From positions 512,001 through 576,000 of the forward strand of contig CAXXUA010000013.1 in the NCBI GenBank assembly GCA_963663765.2: a stretch of DNA of 64,000 bases. The letters run 5' to 3'. The notes under the pieces were generated by a model. That model was not told the DNA's origin. It was given only the letters and a program-made list of their open reading frames with translations, and did not search any database. Below are positions 59,882 to 64,000 of this stretch, piece by piece (the stretch's first letter is position 1; every line of letters starts with the position of its first letter). Source of the stretch: Candidatus Poribacteria bacterium. Its GTDB lineage: Bacteria > Poribacteria > WGA-4E > WGA-3G. A program made the position numbers and the translations under genes.

Positions 59882-61645
59882 TTATTCAGGTTGATATTCA
59901 GATGCTAACACAAAATAGAAATGACATATTAGACTTTCATTCTTTTGATTAGATAGTTCAGAATTTAAACTTTCAATATCTTCAAATTCCAAACGTGTAC
60001 CTGCGGGGAGAAAAATAGGATTGTTGTAATGGTAAACCTCGCTCCACTTAATATCAGACTTCATTACCCATAACATTTTAATCTGTTCACCCGTTGGCGT
60101 AATGGCAACAATTCGCATATCATGATTATATACTTGTAACGATGGATACGCATTTAAGATATACACATCCTTTTTTAACCGATACGACGAAACAACATTT
60201 TGTTGATTGGAATATCCTGTCATGGTGACTTTGTGCAACTTAGCAGTATCTGTTTTATCGGTAAAATATACACCTATGAGCATGCTTTTTTCTCTCTGAT
60301 TGTCACTATTGTGTAACTGCATTTCAAGGATGATTTCTCCCTTCTTAGGTAATAAATACCCAACTCCATCTGGCATGAATGTTGGTACAACCCCTGGTGT
60401 CCAAGTCCAATCAATTCTGTTTATATTGTCTTGTGTAATTGGCTTTTCAACTGATTTTGTTGATCTGTCTTCAGGACTAACCATCTTCTGCGATTTTCTT
60501 TTTGATCCAATAACAGCGTTGATACGACGTATATTGAACCCACTATCTAACTGAAAATCAATTCCCCGCACATATTTTTCTTCTTCAAAGTTAGTAGGAA
60601 TAACAAGCGAGATAGCTATATCATGCCCTTGTGGCAATTCATCAAGACTGGCAGTTTTAATTACCAAGTCAGGTTCTCCGTGTCTCCATTTATCTGAAGG
60701 CTGTGTTATTGGTTCGGTTTTGACTTTGGAACCTTCTGGTGTGTCAGTTTCAACCCATTTTTTGAATGTCTCAATTTCAGCATCAGTAAGTCGTCTTTCG
60801 TTCTTGAAATCACCGTAACCATCACCTAATCTCCAGGGAGGCATTTGTTTTGCTTGCGTGTATTCCAAGATTTTAGTTGCATGTGTCTTTGCATCGGCAT
60901 AGTTGGAGAAAGTGAGTGGCGCGATTCCATCCGCTTGGTGGCATGTTTGACAGTTCTTTTGGATAAGTGGCGCGATGTGTTCGCTATAGGTAATATTATT
61001 TTCGTTAGTCACTTCTGGGAGATGAATCGTACAACCAAATGCTGGAGTTTCCTTCACTAACAATGTTTTTCCATCAAACACTGCAACGAGTGCGTCTTTA
61101 AGATAATTGTGTTTAACACGCGTTATAATGCGATTGTCGTCTATCGGACCGCGGTATCGTAGCGTACTGGAGGCATCAATAAGATGTGCTTGTGGGGTCA
61201 TTGTTCCACCAAGATGACGTGCCAAACTACCATCAATGTCCTTGACGATTGGAAACGAAAACTCCGCTTTCTGAACATAAGCTTGAACATCTTCCAAAGA
61301 GTCATTTTCGTTGGCATACACACCAACAAACGTAACATTTTTTTCAGCAAATTCAGCATGCATCCTTCTTAGCCGCAATGTATATCGCTGCGCAACAGGA
61401 CATTCTGTAGACAGAAATACAAAGATAACGGGTCCTTGCTTGGTCAGTGTATCAAGTTTATATGTATTATCTTTTATTGTTGAAAAGGTGATGTCGTTGA
61501 TTTGGGAATCAATTGTAACTTGCCCCTTTTGTGTAGATGATTCCTGAATGACACGATTTTTTGGTGAAATCGTAAAATCTTCTGCTGCTTGCACAGATAG
61601 AGACAGTATTAGAATGTGGAAGATAATTGTAATCTGGTGTTTCAT
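59882..61645 (-). CDS. Secreted redoxin + cytochrome c + monooxygenase-like multidomain protein
   Basis: Signal peptide; FLSTECP...YRG.IDD...GC redoxin; CQTCH...MPPW heme domain; W.PG..P...P.G.G fold. ATG at 61645 (upstream in-frame codons run into repeat DNA). Confidence 0.75.
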   Translation of the reverse strand: MKHQITIIFHILILSLSVQAAEDFTISPKNRVIQESSTQKGQVTIDSQINDITFSTIKDNTYKLDTLTKQGPVIFVFLSTECPVAQRYTLRLRRMHAEFAEKNVTFVGVYANENDSLEDVQAYVQKAEFSFPIVKDIDGSLARHLGGTMTPQAHLIDASSTLRYRGPIDDNRIITRVKHNYLKDALVAVFDGKTLLVKETPAFGCTIHLPEVTNENNITYSEHIAPLIQKNCQTCHQADGIAPLTFSNYADAKTHATKILEYTQAKQMPPWRLGDGYGDFKNERRLTDAEIETFKKWVETDTPEGSKVKTEPITQPSDKWRHGEPDLVIKTASLDELPQGHDIAISLVIPTNFEEEKYVRGIDFQLDSGFNIRRINAVIGSKRKSQKMVSPEDRSTKSVEKPITQDNINRIDWTWTPGVVPTFMPDGVGYLLPKKGEIILEMQLHNSDNQREKSMLIGVYFTDKTDTAKLHKVTMTGYSNQQNVVSSYRLKKDVYILNAYPSLQVYNHDMRIVAITPTGEQIKMLWVMKSDIKWSEVYHYNNPIFLPAGTRLEFEDIESLNSELSNQKNESLICHFYFVLASEYQPE

Positions 61646-61774
61646 AAGTTTGTATTTTACTATTGAAGCGTGTTTTGAAGTACATATCAGTATATCTATA
61701 TTGAGTGTAAACGTCAACTGTTTTTTATAGGTGTGAGTAGGGGCATTCAATTGTAGAAATTTACTCTTATAGTA

Positions 61775-62788
61775 ACGTGAGTTTGATAAATAGTTTTAGT
61801 TGTTACATATCATTGGATATGGATAATTAATTTCCTTGAGTTCTTTGCGTTTGAGTGAGGGTTTTTTCTTCAAATAGGTATAAGCGATCAAGGCAGCAAC
61901 TGTATTGACTTGGAAGTTAGCATAACTTCTATGCCGTGTATGTTGGATCTCTGTCTGAGTTTTGAGTTCTTTATTCACCGACTCAATGAGCATCCGTTTT
62001 TTCAAGAGTTCTGCGTCAGCATCAGACAAGGGTTCGGGTTTCATGTTCTTACGCACTTTGTAAACGAGTGACACACCTCCATCCCGCAGTTTATCCCGCA
62101 GCTCTTTGTTGATATACCCTTTATCGGCATAAAGTTTGCCAAATAGGCCTTTGGTCAACTGTGGCACAGGTTTCCGGTCATCCGTGTTTCCGGGTGTCAC
62201 CATAGCAGACAGCAGTTCACCTTGATCATTGATGACGAGATGCAGTTTGAACCCGTAGAACCATCCCATAGAGGTTTTGGATCGTTCTGCCCCATCAGAG
62301 AAGACACGATTCGCTGAAATCCGACGATTATGGCAAACTGGAAGTGGCGTTGAGTCAATGAAGGAAGTCCCATTACATTCACCGAAACGGGTGTTTAGAA
62401 GAATAGACAACGGCATCAAAACCTCTTGTGCAAGCTGCACAAACCGACTATAGCTGACAAGGTTTGGAAACGCCCAACGGAGGTTGCTACAGACATGCTC
62501 TTGATAATAGGTTTTGAAGTTTTTACACTTATGTTGATGAAAATAAATAAGTATCGTCATAACTTCGCTAGGATGAAGACGCCTGGGTCTGCCACGGGTA
62601 TTGCTTGTCCCGGGTATTTCTGGCAACTGGTGTTTTGCTTGATATTGTAGATACGCAAGAAAAAAATCGTCAATTATACAGAAAAGTGTTATGATATCCA
62701 TCAGAGAACTCCTTATGTAAGTATTTGGAATACTTCATAATAACAAAGGGGTTCTCTATTTACCAGTTTTTAATTATCAAACTCACGT
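61775..62788 (-). mobile_element. IS982-family insertion sequence (1014 bp)
   Basis: Perfect 15-bp TIR ACGTGAGTTTGATAA / TTATCAAACTCACGT; 7-bp TSD TATAGTA (61768-61774, 62789-62795). Confidence 0.93.
61796..62701 (-). CDS. IS982-family transposase
   Basis: FP..VSYSRF, FIDSTP, GWFYGFKLH, ADKGY, IESVN..LK, HTRHRS; frame intact. Confidence 0.94.
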   Translation of the reverse strand: MDIITLFCIIDDFFLAYLQYQAKHQLPEIPGTSNTRGRPRRLHPSEVMTILIYFHQHKCKNFKTYYQEHVCSNLRWAFPNLVSYSRFVQLAQEVLMPLSILLNTRFGECNGTSFIDSTPLPVCHNRRISANRVFSDGAERSKTSMGWFYGFKLHLVINDQGELLSAMVTPGNTDDRKPVPQLTKGLFGKLYADKGYINKELRDKLRDGGVSLVYKVRKNMKPEPLSDADAELLKKRMLIESVNKELKTQTEIQHTRHRSYANFQVNTVAALIAYTYLKKKPSLKRKELKEINYPYPMICNN

Positions 62789-63177
62789 TATAGTAGGAGT
62801 TTTCAACCCAATTTTCCCTATCTACAGAAACATCAAAATGTTAACGTGTGTGATTAATCTGCAATTGAATGCCTCCAATTTGTGTATCCTTTCCTAATCG
62901 TGGAATTTTTTAGTTGTTTTTTTCGTGTTTTTTACATTTTTTTCATTAGTGTTCTCGATTCTATCGTGGTGTGGACTTATGAAGGTATTATGAATTTACG
63001 AAATATTGAAAAAAACAACTAAATGGATTTTTTATCGTTTTTTGTAGTTTATTTTTGTATCTGTTTTTGACTTGTCAGCTGCTTTTGTGTTCGTTGTTTT
63101 GTCTGTCTGTTATTTTAGTGCAACTTGTTTATTCAAGAGCAAAAGTTTGGAATTCATTTGTGTGTATAGGTAATATT

Positions 63178-63333
63178 ATACCATTTTCATGTGATAATGT
63201 CTCATTATCAGCGGAAATCTGGTAGGAGCGACCTCACGGTCGCGACCTGGAGGTCGCTCCTACCAAAGAGAGTAACCCCCTGCCAGTAAACAGTAGAATT
63301 CCTTAATGATACAAGATTTATTTGAATTGGTAT
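63178..63333. mobile_element. MITE family F copy 1 containing a REP doublet
   Basis: Ends ATACCATTTTCA / TGAATTGGTAT; internal GGTAGGAGCGACC-TCAC-GGTCGCGACC...GGTCGCTCCTACC; copy at 63828-63983. Confidence 0.7.
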
Positions 63334-63404
63334 TATACCTTATGGTGGTATGGGTTTGCTGTGTTTTTTGTATTGAGAACAATAGAAATCATGTATAATC
63401 TATT

Positions 63405-63748
63405 CAATACCTTCGCCATTTTTGAGTGCTTCAGTTGAATGAGTATATAGTGTTGATCTACCATTGCTCTGTGATGTTGTTAGGATTACATAAATAAAAA
63501 TAACTTCAGGTTTTCGTTGAAGTATTTTTATTTATCATAGCGTCTAATTTGACGATAGAATCTGACAGAATAATTTATATGCACAATCTGGCAGAATGTG
63601 CTACAACTGACCGCACAATCTGGAAGAATGTGCTACAACTGACCGCACAATCTGGAAGAATGTGCTACAACTGACCGCACAATCTGGAAGAATGTGCTAC
63701 AACTGACCGCACAATCTGGAAGAATGTCTATTATTGGCGAAGGTATTG
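63405..63748. mobile_element. MITE family A (344 bp) with 14-bp TIR and 7-bp TSD
   Basis: CAATACCTTCGCCA / TGGCGAAGGTATTG, flanked by ATCTATT at 63398-63404 and 63749-63755. Confidence 0.85.
63581..63727. repeat. Tandem repeat, 32-bp unit x ~4.6, inside MITE A
   Basis: GCACAATCTGG(A/C)AGAATGTGCTACAACTGACC units start at 63581, 63613, 63645, 63677 and 63709. Confidence 0.92.
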
Positions 63749-63827
63749 ATCTATTGTAATTATATTGTTGAAATGTCCTCCAACAAATATACTTCGTGAC
63801 AATTGAATACCTCGTGGACTGTGAGTA

Positions 63828-63983
63828 ATACCATTTTCATGTGATAATGTCTCATTAGCAGCGGAAATCTGGTAGGGGCGACCTCACGGTCGCGACCGGG
63901 AGGTCGCTCCTACCGAAGAGAGTAACCCCCTGCCAGTAAACAGTAGAATTCCTTAATGAGACAAGATTTATTTGAATTGGTAT
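63828..63983. mobile_element. MITE family F copy 2
   Basis: Near-identical to 63178-63333, 650 bp downstream. Confidence 0.7.
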
Positions 63984-64000
63984 TATACCTTATGGTGGTA

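Noticed and set aside
63581-63727. Possible CRISPR array (32-bp periodicity, palindromic unit)
   Set aside because: Units are head-to-tail with identical intervening sequence, so there are no unique spacers. No cas genes, and the array lies within a TIR/TSD-bounded MITE.

Overview
A gene-dense bacterial chromosomal segment. It is most likely Candidatus Poribacteria, inferred from LamG proteins ending in a V-E-x-x-x-K-x-T-T-T-W-x-x-L-K motif, a signal-peptide WD40 protein, PhyH and FGE-sulfatase proteins and an Rpn remnant. Housekeeping genes (pepA, leuA, DAHP synthase, tyrS, gatB, recJ, rel, rpmB, rsmA, coaBC, gmk, clpB, lpxI) are mixed with accessory genes and intergenic regions packed with short repeat elements. 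The main features missing from the ORF track are: (1) a complete ribosome-mediated attenuator in front of a DAHP synthase-leuA operon, with a sigma70 promoter, a 38-aa Phe/Tyr/Trp/Leu-rich leader peptide, an antiterminator and a terminator; (2) a formate dehydrogenase whose two 'ORFs' are one selenoprotein (in-frame UGA plus SECIS hairpin); (3) a sigma54 promoter with candidate enhancer sites upstream of clpB; (4) several families of TIR/TSD-bounded MITEs, many carrying GTAG-type REP palindromes and one carrying a variable array of 32-bp palindromic units. Also present are a type II Thoeris defence pair (TIR + TM-Macro), three methyltransferases with no recognisable endonuclease, tandem SyrB2-like Fe/2OG dioxygenases, tandem LarA-family genes with a TRAP permease pair, and an intact IS982. 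I found no rRNA, tRNA or CRISPR array. All family assignments come from motif recognition by eye, not database searches.
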